A stretch of DNA of 36,637 nucleotides from a virus (Duplodnaviria > Heunggongvirae > Uroviricota > Caudoviricetes), in IMG/VR virus record IMGVR_UViG_2778261178_000002, one strand, 5' to 3'. Positions 8,723-17,836 of the stretch are shown one piece after another (the stretch's first letter is position 1; every line of letters begins with the position of its first letter). The notes under the pieces were generated by a model, which had not been told where the DNA came from, did not search any database, and was given only the letters and a program-made list of their open reading frames with translations. The position numbers and the translations under genes are program-made.

Positions 8723-9838
8723 TCAAATAAAATTAAATAACTCATGTTCATCTATAGCTTTTGATCCAATTAAATTCGCAGCTTCTATGTCATTATCATT
8801 TGTTTCCGAAATAAGGAAAAATGAATCAATATTATTTTGTAAAATGATTTTTTTATGCTTCTTAAGCCATTGTAATTTACTTGTAGTGAACAACACTCGG
8901 CGCGGTAGAAGAATACGACTAAAAACTGAGGGGAGATACTCACTTCTATTAAATTGAACAAAAGGATCACCAAAAGAAAGGATAGTTAGATGATTAAATT
9001 TACCGTGCAAATTCAATTTTTCAGCTGATTTAGCTATGCCACTTGGCAAAAAAACACCTGTCTTGATACCTTTACGTAAAGCAGTAACAGCCATCATTTT
9101 ATCGAAAGCAGTTCCACCAAAGAGCAATGAATACCCTTTCTTAACAGAAATATCAATAGTATCAAGGACAGCTTGCTTTTCTATATCGCTAGGTGATGTA
9201 CTCGAAATTATAGAAAGATCAAAGTCAGTAAATAGCTGCCCAGTATAATAAAGATTTTTGCTTGATAAAGTTGAAAGTTTTACCGGAAAGCTTTTATCAT
9301 CACGTCGAATTTCGGACACATTTAGATCCTTTAGCGATGGGTAGCTATGGTTTGGTGTGACTTTTTCTCGTTTATTATTTTTTGATGCTTGCGGGCTAAA
9401 AACCAAAATCTCATTTTTATTGTTAGATAGAGAATCTTGTATCATTTTTTTTACAATTTCCCAATCAAGACCGCCGTGGCCACAACCTAAAGCTGGTAGA
9501 GTGATAATTTTACCGTTCTTATGCTCCAAATAATTCGAGAGCCAAACCAGACCTTTTTCTATATATTCATACTTGGATTTATTTTTCCAATGATCCTTAG
9601 TAGGAAAATTTATGATCTCTATATCATTACCATACGCATCAGCATTTTTCCAAACTGCTGGTTTACCTGGGGATATGTCTCCTTTTTTACATAGCAATAC
9701 GTACTCATCATACATTTCGGGAAACTTGTTTTTAAAAGCAAAAGCTACCCCTGCCCCCATTACACCAACACAATTAACTGTATTGATTCTAATGTCAGCA
9801 GCATAATCAAAAAAATCACCATCAACGAATCTAATCAT
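8723..9838 (-). CDS. Macrodomain (ADP-ribose-binding/hydrolase, DarG-like N-terminus) fused to a C-terminal DprA/SMF-like domain; putative antitoxin/sensor partner
   Basis: N-terminus carries macrodomain motifs (NTVNCVGVMGAGVAFAF; ITLPALGCGHGG); C-terminus has a DprA-like glycine-rich stretch (LLFGGTAFDKMMAVTALRKG...FLPSGIAK); ATGA overlap with the upstream gene; AT-rich. Confidence 0.55.
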   Translation of the reverse strand: MIRFVDGDFFDYAADIRINTVNCVGVMGAGVAFAFKNKFPEMYDEYVLLCKKGDISPGKPAVWKNADAYGNDIEIINFPTKDHWKNKSKYEYIEKGLVWLSNYLEHKNGKIITLPALGCGHGGLDWEIVKKMIQDSLSNNKNEILVFSPQASKNNKREKVTPNHSYPSLKDLNVSEIRRDDKSFPVKLSTLSSKNLYYTGQLFTDFDLSIISSTSPSDIEKQAVLDTIDISVKKGYSLLFGGTAFDKMMAVTALRKGIKTGVFLPSGIAKSAEKLNLHGKFNHLTILSFGDPFVQFNRSEYLPSVFSRILLPRRVLFTTSKLQWLKKHKKIILQNNIDSFFLISETNDNDIEAANLIGSKAIDEHELFNFI

Positions 9839-11169
9839 AAATTCTCCTCAAGATAAGTATACATCCTTGCTCTTAATTCTTCAATTTTATCAATCCCATC
9901 TTTTACCCATGCTGTATTAATGGAATTCATATCGCATTTAGCAATTAGAATTAACATATCTACATCAGATTTTATCTTTATTATTTTTTGCATTTGCTCT
10001 TCGTTTCTTTCATGGGCTATTATATCCCCAACAAGATCATCGTAAACTACGAGTGTCACAATTTGCCTTATTTCCCTATTGGATAAATCACCTATTTCTT
10101 CACACAAAATTCTTTTAAGCATAGGTAACGATTTAATAGGATGAGTATCATCTACTTTTTGTACTCCATCTTTCCATCTAGATTTAGGTCCTTTGCCAAT
10201 ATCATGTAAATATGCAGCGAGCGTTACAACAAGTCGTTCTCTTTCCGATAAGTCGTGGAATGCAGACTCCGTATTAAGTAAGCTGGCAACTCTTCTGCTA
10301 TGTGCCCCAACATCCTCTCGGTGAATAGGATTATCTGTTTCAAGGCCATCAATATCAGAAAGTTCTTTTATACACCCAAAGTTATTGCTAATCGCTTCTA
10401 ACACATCTGCGATATTTTTAAATCTAGGGTTTAAAGGTTTATTTTGTTTTATATCACTTATATATTTTTTAGTCTTCGCAAGGAGAATCTTAGGTCCTGT
10501 AACAATATTCACCCGGCCTACCACATTTAAATCATGAAAGTAATGATGATCAAATGATCTAGAATCACAACGAACATCAAAATTATTAAACCCATATTTT
10601 TTCAATAGCTGTGCAACATGCGTTTTCACGCAAAGATTCCAAACAACAATAAATGAAAAATTATTGAAGGGAATTTCATCATGAATAAGCAACTCTGCCA
10701 TTTTTTGCTGTTTTACTCCTTCGGTCTTTGGGATCCACACTCTACTGTCAATTGCATCCCAATTTAGCTTATTTAAATCATCAGCATTAGAGTAAAATGT
10801 TGGTGGCGTTAAAGTATTTGCAGAAGAATTTGAAAAAACTACTGATTTATCTTCTATCGCCTCTATTGGTATCGCAAGATATATAATTCCTTCTTGATCT
10901 ACGTTTTTTTTCTTAATAACATTAAGTAACATGGGAGATCTTTTAGTGAAGTAAAAAGGCACATAATCATGGACCACTCCACCTGGACCACAAGTGACCC
11001 TCATTTCACTACGACGGTGTTGTATTTCATTATTTGCTATATCTTTATGAATAATGCCTCTATTTGATTTTAAATTTGTACTAAGTAATCCATTTTTTAT
11101 AATTCCCTCAAGATTATCAATGTATGTAAAATGATAAACAAACCTATCTGAGTATTGTGGTTTTATCAT
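9835..11169 (-). CDS. DarT-like ADP-ribosyltransferase domain (DUF4433-type) fused to a C-terminal HD phosphohydrolase domain; putative toxin/effector
   Basis: N-terminus YHFTYIDNL (His13), HRRSE, HDYVPFYF, and a candidate catalytic Glu in MAELLIHD (about residue 159), resembling DarT; C-terminus has HD-domain motifs (H in GAHSRRV, HD in YLHDIGKG, D in VYDDLVGD); strong SD AAGGAG before the ATG. Confidence 0.55.
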   Translation of the reverse strand: MIKPQYSDRFVYHFTYIDNLEGIIKNGLLSTNLKSNRGIIHKDIANNEIQHRRSEMRVTCGPGGVVHDYVPFYFTKRSPMLLNVIKKKNVDQEGIIYLAIPIEAIEDKSVVFSNSSANTLTPPTFYSNADDLNKLNWDAIDSRVWIPKTEGVKQQKMAELLIHDEIPFNNFSFIVVWNLCVKTHVAQLLKKYGFNNFDVRCDSRSFDHHYFHDLNVVGRVNIVTGPKILLAKTKKYISDIKQNKPLNPRFKNIADVLEAISNNFGCIKELSDIDGLETDNPIHREDVGAHSRRVASLLNTESAFHDLSERERLVVTLAAYLHDIGKGPKSRWKDGVQKVDDTHPIKSLPMLKRILCEEIGDLSNREIRQIVTLVVYDDLVGDIIAHERNEEQMQKIIKIKSDVDMLILIAKCDMNSINTAWVKDGIDKIEELRARMYTYLEENL

Positions 11170-11581
11170 TTACTCTCTCCTTAAAATTTAAAGTTTTATC
11201 TGTATAGATTTAGTCTCAACTGAATTAATAGTCTTTATTAATCATAATATTTAAATAATTAGGCTGCTTTTTTAATTGAACTATAAAGAATAAGCAACCC
11301 ACTCAATAAGATACACTTTATTTATTCTGGTGCAATATTAAAAACGCATAATAAGTGTCATTTTCATTGCTCGTGAATGCCATTACTCTTAAATCGTGAT
11401 CCGGTTCAAAATTTAGAGGCTGGAGCTGGTTGTGTTTAATGAAAAATTACAATTTTAATACGTCCGCTGTACACCCTTAGCTGCCGTTAGCTTAACGTCC
11501 GCAACAGGCACAGAGCGGACTGTCAGATTAGGCTTTACTCTGTACCATAGATATGTAAGCTCACACCAGAGTTCATACAAC

Positions 11582-12109
11582 TTATTGCGGCATTTCCGGC
11601 CATTCAGGATTTGCAGGATCCACACGACTGACCAGAACGCTGTAGCGTTCCCAAGCCTCCAGCCGTGTGCGCTCCTCCTCTGTTGCCATGTTCAGTCTGA
11701 CCGCGCGCTCCAGCGGCAAAATCACGGATTCAGCATCTGCAAGAAGTCTGGCTTTCCGGTTTTCTGCCTGCTGCTGCAATTCCTCTGCCGTATAAATGCG
11801 TTTAATCACTTTTCCGTCCTTAAACATCCAGCCCCCTGAAATGTCCGCCCGTCGGTTAGCAGTAATATCCGCCACTTCAACAACACTTAATCCATCCGGT
11901 CTGATAGCTGTCACATCCTTTTCCACATAGCGGATGATATTATCCTTGTCGTACGCTATTTTTATCGTGTCATCAGCAAAATACTTTTGTTCTTCGTACC
12001 AGTTCTTACCATCTTCTGAAAAAAACCAGACAACATCAAAATCCCTTGTCAATTGATATTGTTCAACCGTTTTTGGATTACCTGCCGTTATATTTATCAA
12101 ATGCTGCAT
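11582..12109 (-). CDS. G: Tail fibre assembly chaperone gpG
   Basis: 175 aa, immediately downstream of H. Confidence 0.8.
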   Translation of the reverse strand: MQHLINITAGNPKTVEQYQLTRDFDVVWFFSEDGKNWYEEQKYFADDTIKIAYDKDNIIRYVEKDVTAIRPDGLSVVEVADITANRRADISGGWMFKDGKVIKRIYTAEELQQQAENRKARLLADAESVILPLERAVRLNMATEEERTRLEAWERYSVLVSRVDPANPEWPEMPQ

Positions 12110-12112
12110 AAA

Positions 12113-14431
12113 TTATACCTGCGCCACGTTATACCAAGTCCCGTTAATGTATTTCTGCACCGGTCTGTAATATACGCCACCAATGTTATCGGCAGAGTTT
12201 GAGCCGGTATCCTGAACAATAATGCCGGAATATACACACCCGGACGGTGCCTGATGTGTCCATGTCATGCCATTGTTCGCAGGTTTGTATGTGGCAGCAC
12301 CACCAAGCCGAATATCCCGGACATAGCGTGAATCAAAGTTGCCATAGTTAGATGGTGATACCTGCCCGTTAACAGCAAAAGTGATGCTGTTATCTGTATT
12401 TCTCTGACTGTAAAAATGCCAGCCTGCATCATCACCTAATTCAGCCACCACCGGACGACTTGAGTTTCCCCACAAATTGAATGCGGCTTCCTTCGTGGAT
12501 GTATTACTGCTGCTGACCGTGAATTTTTTCCCGCTACCGGCACGTACTTTGGTACTTGAGACAATATCACCAGTAACACTCAGGCCATGCCCCATTGATA
12601 CAGCACCCGTGGCATCATTTATAATCAGTGGTCTTAAATTATTATAAGTGCCTAATCTGTCACCTGATTTAGTCAACATAAAATAAGTGCTGCTGCCATC
12701 ATTCCTGATAAAGAATCCATAATTGCCATAAGCAATGCGCAGACCATTAGCACTGCTTGATGTAATCTCACCTCTTGAACGGAGACCATAAGCGGAGCTG
12801 AGTGATAATTCTTCCTGAGCATCAGTATTACCAGTCGCCCAGCGAACTACCCCGCCCTGTACTGTTTCATGCCAGATAGTGTCTCCTTCTCCACCACGAA
12901 ACTTTCTGAGATATTTTTTGCCGCCTCTGGTGCCTGAACATAAGGCCGTAGACATATAGGCATTCTGGCTTCCGCCATCCTGATTAATCGTTCCGGTCAT
13001 TGAGTCGCCCTGACGATTCCAGTCACGACGCCAGCCGGGGGAGTAGCCGTCCCCATGATTAATGTAAGTGAATTGCGCGCTGGTTGTACCGCCACCACTT
13101 GATGTTGTCGGCGTGGTCACTCGGATAGTGATTGCAGATTTAGTTCCCATGACCTCGACGACACAACCAGCCAGGTGGATATCACCACATCCGGTATCCG
13201 TAATGATTTTGTTATTTGCATATGACCAGGAGCCTTTGCACATCCAGTACGGATGATTAAATGCACCACGGGAATCCAGCCATTCAATAAACTGAGCGGT
13301 TGTCCAGTTTCCGGCTTCAGTGCTCAAAGCGCCGCTATAAGCACGACAGGCACCGATATTTTTCGTGAAGGTATCCTTTCCCGGAATATCCGCACCGTTC
13401 TGATCTTTCTGAAGACGTTTTTCAGCATTGTCATAGGCAGACTTCACTGCTTTTGGCGTTGCCGCGAGGGTTTCAGAATCACTGTTGGTGGCGCTACTGA
13501 GCTGGACAAGACCTTTTCGCGCCGTGGTGGCATCCTGTGCAGTGTATTTCCCGTTAGCAAGGTCATACGCTGTCTTAACCGCCTTTGGTGTTGCCGCAAG
13601 CGTTTCAGAATCGCTGTTGGTGGCGCTACTGAGCTGGACAAGACCTTTTCGCGCTGTAGTGGCGTCCTGTGCAGTGTATTTCCCGTTAGCAAGGTCATAC
13701 GCGGCCTTTACCGCTTTCGGCGTTGCGGCGAGCGTTTCAGACGTGCTGTTAGTCGCACTACTGAGCTGAACAAGGCCTTTTCGCGCGGTGGTGGCATCCT
13801 GCGCGGTATATTTCCCGTTAGCAAGGTCATAGGCGGTCTTTACCGCTTTCGGCGTTGCAGCCAGTGTTTCAGACGTGCTGTTGGTCGCACTGCTTAACTG
13901 AGTAAAACCTTTTGCGGTCAGCGAGGCGTCAGGGTGACGTCGTGACTGTTCATGTTCTGCAATTTTGTCATCAACGTAATCCTGCGTCGCCATCACCGTT
14001 GTGGTGTCAATGGTCAGCGCCACCGAGGCCACACTGCTGACGATGATGACCATGCGACAGGTCTGCGAACGCCCTGAGCCTTCGGCAAGAGCTGGCTTAT
14101 AACTTTCGGCCATGTTCGCCACGGCAATTAACGTTCCCGCATCATCGTACAGGCCAAGCTCACGCATCCAGAAACCGCCCACCTCCGGCGGAATAACCAG
14201 CTCTGCGATAATATAATTACTGTTTCGTTTGTCCTGGCTGATTTTGTTCAGCGTATGTCGCCAGACTTCGTGGATAAGCCCGGTCTGTCCGGCATCCGGG
14301 ACAGGCAATTTACCACCGCCATCCCCGACGGCCATCGTGGTAATGTTGACCTTCCGCCCTCCCGGTGCGGTTGCCGCTGCCAGCTTTGCTGCACCGGCAG
14401 TGGTGATAACGGTTCTGAATTTTGTGCTCAT
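12113..14431 (-). CDS. H: Tail fibre protein gpH, with internal tandem repeats
   Basis: 772 aa; position between I and G; contains about four tandem 44-aa repeats. Confidence 0.85.
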   Translation of the reverse strand: MSTKFRTVITTAGAAKLAAATAPGGRKVNITTMAVGDGGGKLPVPDAGQTGLIHEVWRHTLNKISQDKRNSNYIIAELVIPPEVGGFWMRELGLYDDAGTLIAVANMAESYKPALAEGSGRSQTCRMVIIVSSVASVALTIDTTTVMATQDYVDDKIAEHEQSRRHPDASLTAKGFTQLSSATNSTSETLAATPKAVKTAYDLANGKYTAQDATTARKGLVQLSSATNSTSETLAATPKAVKAAYDLANGKYTAQDATTARKGLVQLSSATNSDSETLAATPKAVKTAYDLANGKYTAQDATTARKGLVQLSSATNSDSETLAATPKAVKSAYDNAEKRLQKDQNGADIPGKDTFTKNIGACRAYSGALSTEAGNWTTAQFIEWLDSRGAFNHPYWMCKGSWSYANNKIITDTGCGDIHLAGCVVEVMGTKSAITIRVTTPTTSSGGGTTSAQFTYINHGDGYSPGWRRDWNRQGDSMTGTINQDGGSQNAYMSTALCSGTRGGKKYLRKFRGGEGDTIWHETVQGGVVRWATGNTDAQEELSLSSAYGLRSRGEITSSSANGLRIAYGNYGFFIRNDGSSTYFMLTKSGDRLGTYNNLRPLIINDATGAVSMGHGLSVTGDIVSSTKVRAGSGKKFTVSSSNTSTKEAAFNLWGNSSRPVVAELGDDAGWHFYSQRNTDNSITFAVNGQVSPSNYGNFDSRYVRDIRLGGAATYKPANNGMTWTHQAPSGCVYSGIIVQDTGSNSADNIGGVYYRPVQKYINGTWYNVAQV
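13424..13909. repeat. Tandem 132-bp coding repeats (about 3.7 copies) inside tail fibre gene H
   Basis: Repeated peptide GLVQLSSATNS[TD]SETLAATPKAVK[TAS]AYDLANGKYTAQDATTARK; the same periodicity shows in overlapping shadow ORFs on both strands. Confidence 0.8.
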
Positions 14432-14441
14432 TATTCCTCAC

Positions 14442-14972
14442 TTATCCGGGGTAAACCGTAATTACATCGCCGTCGTAAGCCACACCACCGGCGAACAGGT
14501 AGCCGGGAATGTCCCGGGTAATGTTCAGGCCGATAAGGTGGCGGCTTGCAGGTTTGGCATCAGCAATCAGCCGTTCCATTTCCTGATACATTGCCTCTGT
14601 GATGCCGCTTTCCAGTACACCAATATCAAGCCGGAAGGTGCCTGGCGGGTCACTGTTTTCCCACCACTCCGTCACGTTGATGAGATAGCCGAGCGGCTCC
14701 ACCACACGCCGGATTGCACCGATAGTGCCCTTATGACAGTGGATGAAATAGGCATCGCGGATAACGGCGCGTTTTGTCGCTTCCGGCCACTTTTCATCCC
14801 ACCTGTCGACCGAAAACGCCCACGCCAGCCACGGCAGCAGATTTGCCGGACAGGTATCCGGGTTCCACAGTTCACGAATCCTGACCGGCGTTTTTTCAAT
14901 TTCCGCACAGGCTTTTGCGGCAGCAATTTCAAGCGGTGATGAGCCGGTCGGCAGCAGTCGCGAATCACTCAT
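14442..14972 (-). CDS. I: Baseplate assembly protein gpI
   Basis: 176 aa, position as in P2. Confidence 0.8.
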   Translation of the reverse strand: MSDSRLLPTGSSPLEIAAAKACAEIEKTPVRIRELWNPDTCPANLLPWLAWAFSVDRWDEKWPEATKRAVIRDAYFIHCHKGTIGAIRRVVEPLGYLINVTEWWENSDPPGTFRLDIGVLESGITEAMYQEMERLIADAKPASRHLIGLNITRDIPGYLFAGGVAYDGDVITVYPG

Positions 14973-15873
14973 CCGAGCCTCCGGTCACGACGCGGTATTC
15001 GGTACAGAAAGACGCCTGCGTACTGTTGAGCACGATGTCGGTCAGCGGTGCAGTCAGTTCGACACGCTGCACGCCTTCCACATGCAAAGCGGCATAAATG
15101 GCAGACAGACGGATGTCACGCCCCAGCCGGTGCTGTGCCGTGATGTACGCTTCCAGTTTTTTCACGGCAGCAGCGCGTATGGGTTCGCTTTCGGGACCAG
15201 GGTAAAGGTAAAGCGTGGCGTTTATCTGGTATTCAACGATGGCGGCAGACTGCACGGTCACGCGGTCGGCCACCGGCCTGACGTCCTCGCCATTAAGGGC
15301 GTTACGCACCACCGCCAGCAGGTCTTCGGATGCGACACCGTTATTTTCACGTGACAGCACAGAGATGGTGACGCAGGCCGGAGACGGACTGGTGACAGAA
15401 ATATCCGCGACACGCCCGTCGGCACTGCGACCATGATACTGATAGGCCCCCACCGACCCGGCGACGCTTAAACCTTCAAACGCCTGCTGAATACGCAGAC
15501 GATAATCCGTGTCAGATTCCATCACTGCCGGTGTCGGCGGGAGGGTCGAATCATCTGCCGGGGTGATAATCAGGCGCGTGGTGTTGTAATTGGCACCAAT
15601 CACATCAAGGTCATTACCGGCGGCACAGGCCAGCATTACCGCCCGTGCGGCCTCATTCACACGCTGACGCCAGATAAGCTCACGATAAGCATTTTCCTCC
15701 AGCAGTTTGACGAGAGGCTCGGATTCCAGCGTCAGGGTACGGGCGACCGCCTCCTGCTGGTCTTCCGGGTAAAGGGAAATCAGTGTCGCCTTGCGTTCGG
15801 CAAGAATGGTTTCAAAGTCCAGCTCCTCGACCACATCCGGTACGGGTAGCTGGTTCAGGTCGATAATCGGCAT
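14965..15873 (-). CDS. J: Baseplate assembly protein gpJ
   Basis: 302 aa, position as in P2. Confidence 0.8.
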   Translation of the reverse strand: MPIIDLNQLPVPDVVEELDFETILAERKATLISLYPEDQQEAVARTLTLESEPLVKLLEENAYRELIWRQRVNEAARAVMLACAAGNDLDVIGANYNTTRLIITPADDSTLPPTPAVMESDTDYRLRIQQAFEGLSVAGSVGAYQYHGRSADGRVADISVTSPSPACVTISVLSRENNGVASEDLLAVVRNALNGEDVRPVADRVTVQSAAIVEYQINATLYLYPGPESEPIRAAAVKKLEAYITAQHRLGRDIRLSAIYAALHVEGVQRVELTAPLTDIVLNSTQASFCTEYRVVTGGSDE

Positions 15874-15877
15874 GGTT

Positions 15878-16225
15878 TCAACTCACAGGGATGGTTAACG
15901 AAAGTGGCTGGCCGGTGTCGTTGTGCTGGCCGGTCAAAGTGACAGTCATTCGCCCGTCAAAACTGCGTTCAGTGGTGACGGATGACAGGGTGACGCGGGG
16001 TTCCCATTTCAGCACCGCCATGTAACAGGCGACCTTAATCTGCAACTCAAGCGCCGGGGTCTGCGGCTGGTCAATCATTGATGCCAGCAACGAGCCGTAA
16101 TCACGACGCATCACCCGTGAGCCGACCGGTGTGCGCAGGATATCGCCGATACTCTGGCTGATATGCTCAAGGTCAGTGACAGTCAGGCCATCACTGCGAT
16201 TCATTCCGAGATAACGCGCAGTCAT
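15878..16225 (-). CDS. W: Baseplate protein gpW (T4 gp25-like)
   Basis: 115 aa, position as in P2. Confidence 0.8.
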   Translation of the reverse strand: MTARYLGMNRSDGLTVTDLEHISQSIGDILRTPVGSRVMRRDYGSLLASMIDQPQTPALELQIKVACYMAVLKWEPRVTLSSVTTERSFDGRMTVTLTGQHNDTGQPLSLTIPVS

Positions 16226-16857
16226 AGAGGTCCCCCTGTTGTGCCGCCACTGTCGCCGGGGTGTTTATGGGTATGCAGTACCTTACCGTTTGATGAGAGT
16301 TCACCGCCGGTGTGTTCAATGTTGCCGTGCATCGTCCCGCCCTTCTGCACTTCCAGCGTGCCGGTAATCAGCCTGTTGGTGCAGACCACCTCCGGTGTGT
16401 CCAGGGTGACGCGGGTTGATGCTTTCACAATGACCACCGGCACCGTGGCAGTAACAGAATCAGAAGCCGTCACGCTGGCCGTTTTAATTCCGCTTACCGT
16501 CAGTGCACTGGTTTCGGGTTCATACTCAATCACCGCCCCGTCAGGGAAACGGATATGCAGGGCATCCGCCGACGCAGACGGCGCGGGGTTATCGCCGGAA
16601 TAAATCCCCGGCAGAACAAACGCCGTGTCAAGTTCACCGCCCACGGCCAGAATCAGCACCTGCTCCCCCACGGAAGGTGCCCACCATGTGCGCGAACGCC
16701 CGGCACGACAGGTCAGCCACTGAAGCCAGTCGGTGCACATGCCGCCGGTCTGCACACGGCAGCGACCGGCTTTAAGGTTGGTTTCGACGACAAGGCCGGT
16801 GCGGATCATGTTGCGCAGTGCGCGCGCGAGTTCCTGGATATTTGCGAGAGTGTTCAT
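16222..16857 (-). CDS. V: Baseplate spike protein gpV
   Basis: 211 aa, position as in P2. Confidence 0.8.
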   Translation of the reverse strand: MNTLANIQELARALRNMIRTGLVVETNLKAGRCRVQTGGMCTDWLQWLTCRAGRSRTWWAPSVGEQVLILAVGGELDTAFVLPGIYSGDNPAPSASADALHIRFPDGAVIEYEPETSALTVSGIKTASVTASDSVTATVPVVIVKASTRVTLDTPEVVCTNRLITGTLEVQKGGTMHGNIEHTGGELSSNGKVLHTHKHPGDSGGTTGGPL

Positions 16858-16923
16858 AACGGGAAGGATGCCGCCGGGTCATACCGGCGGCAATGTAACG
16901 ATGAGGTGTCGGGAATGGCACAA

Positions 16924-17376
16924 CTAACGGTCGAGGTGAGCCAGGATAATCTCTTCAATCATCTGCACATCCTCACCGGTAAAGCCGAGCAGAGGACGCG
17001 CCGGATAATCAATTTTCTTACCGTCTTTCCGGGTTTCTTCCGACAGACCGAACTGATGCACACTGGCTATTTTCGGTGACTTCCCGCCGTAAAACTCCAT
17101 TGATGCCTGTTCAGGGCTGGCGCGGATATGCAAAAAACGACTGGTGATAAGTTTCGCAAACATTTTTCGCTTAACGCGACCGGTCTTTTTTCTGGCGCTC
17201 TGCTGCTGGCGTGGTGCGTAGGGTGTGCCGTCCGGGGCTTTCTGTGCCATCACCCGGCGCTGCTGACTCTGCCGCAGACGTTTCGCCAGTTCGGCGCTCA
17301 GTCGCCGACGCCCTGACGGTGACAGCGATTCAATAAGTCCGGTCAGCCGGTCTTCAAAACGCTTAAACTCATTCAT
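16924..17376 (-). CDS. S: Tail completion protein gpS
   Basis: 150 aa, position as in P2. Confidence 0.8.
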   Translation of the reverse strand: MNEFKRFEDRLTGLIESLSPSGRRRLSAELAKRLRQSQQRRVMAQKAPDGTPYAPRQQQSARKKTGRVKRKMFAKLITSRFLHIRASPEQASMEFYGGKSPKIASVHQFGLSEETRKDGKKIDYPARPLLGFTGEDVQMIEEIILAHLDR

Positions 17377-17836
17377 CCCACTTGCTCACCAGTTCGCCAT
17401 TGATATAAAGCTCCACCGGGCGGGTGACCGGCTCCGGCGGCGGAGGTTCCGGGATATTCTTCACATGCAGTGCGCCGTCCACCTCACTGACCAGCGTTCG
17501 CTCGGTCAGCATCAGGCTGATGCTGATATCAAAGCTGCTGTCATTGTTGATGTCTGCATAAAACGTGAAGCCCTTTTTCTGACCTGCGTCGGTGGTCATG
17601 ATGTCGGGCTGATTTTCCCGCAGCCACGCCAGCACCGGCACGATGAGCAGGTCAAAATCACCGGTAAAGTCGGTCACAATCACATTGAGCGTGTAACGCT
17701 TTTCGAATGACAGCGACGTCGCCAGTGTGGAGGCAATACTCCCGTTATCCACGAATATCCGCAGCATCTCGGGACTGGTTTTCAGCACCATGACGGCATC
17801 AGTCAGCGCCCTGCGCAGGCTGTCGGGTTTGAGCAT
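17369..17836 (-). CDS. R: Tail completion protein gpR
   Basis: 155 aa, position as in P2. Confidence 0.8.
   Translation of the reverse strand: MLKPDSLRRALTDAVMVLKTSPEMLRIFVDNGSIASTLATSLSFEKRYTLNVIVTDFTGDFDLLIVPVLAWLRENQPDIMTTDAGQKKGFTFYADINNDSSFDISISLMLTERTLVSEVDGALHVKNIPEPPPPEPVTRPVELYINGELVSKWDE

Noticed and set aside
8494-8740. Two small ORFs (62 aa minus, 69 aa plus) in the AT-rich spacer between cargo operon 1 and FI
   Set aside because: Both begin with TTG rather than ATG, lack a convincing SD and overlap each other; most likely chance ORFs, though a small accessory gene cannot be excluded.
11461-11521. Inverted repeat GTCCGC(T)...(A)GCGGAC downstream of G, considered as a terminator
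   Set aside because: No T-run follows on either strand and the intervening sequence is long; could be a structured site but cannot be called a terminator from sequence alone.
13253-13897. 214-aa plus-strand ORF and 84 to 94-aa ORFs with striking internal repeats overlapping gene H
   Set aside because: Their repetitiveness reflects the 132-bp tandem repeats of tail fibre gene H read in other frames; not independent genes.
13424-13909. Tandem repeats considered as a possible CRISPR or other non-coding repeat array
   Set aside because: The repeats are in-frame and protein-coding within H, have no unique spacers, and no cas genes are present.
14229-14939. 236-aa plus-strand ORF overlapping the H/I junction, and similar 100 to 200-aa antisense ORFs across the late region (for example 16555..17079, 20388..20987, 23325..24035)
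   Set aside because: All are antisense to strongly supported P2 structural genes in GC-rich DNA and have low-complexity Arg/Ala/Pro-rich translations; treated as shadow ORFs.
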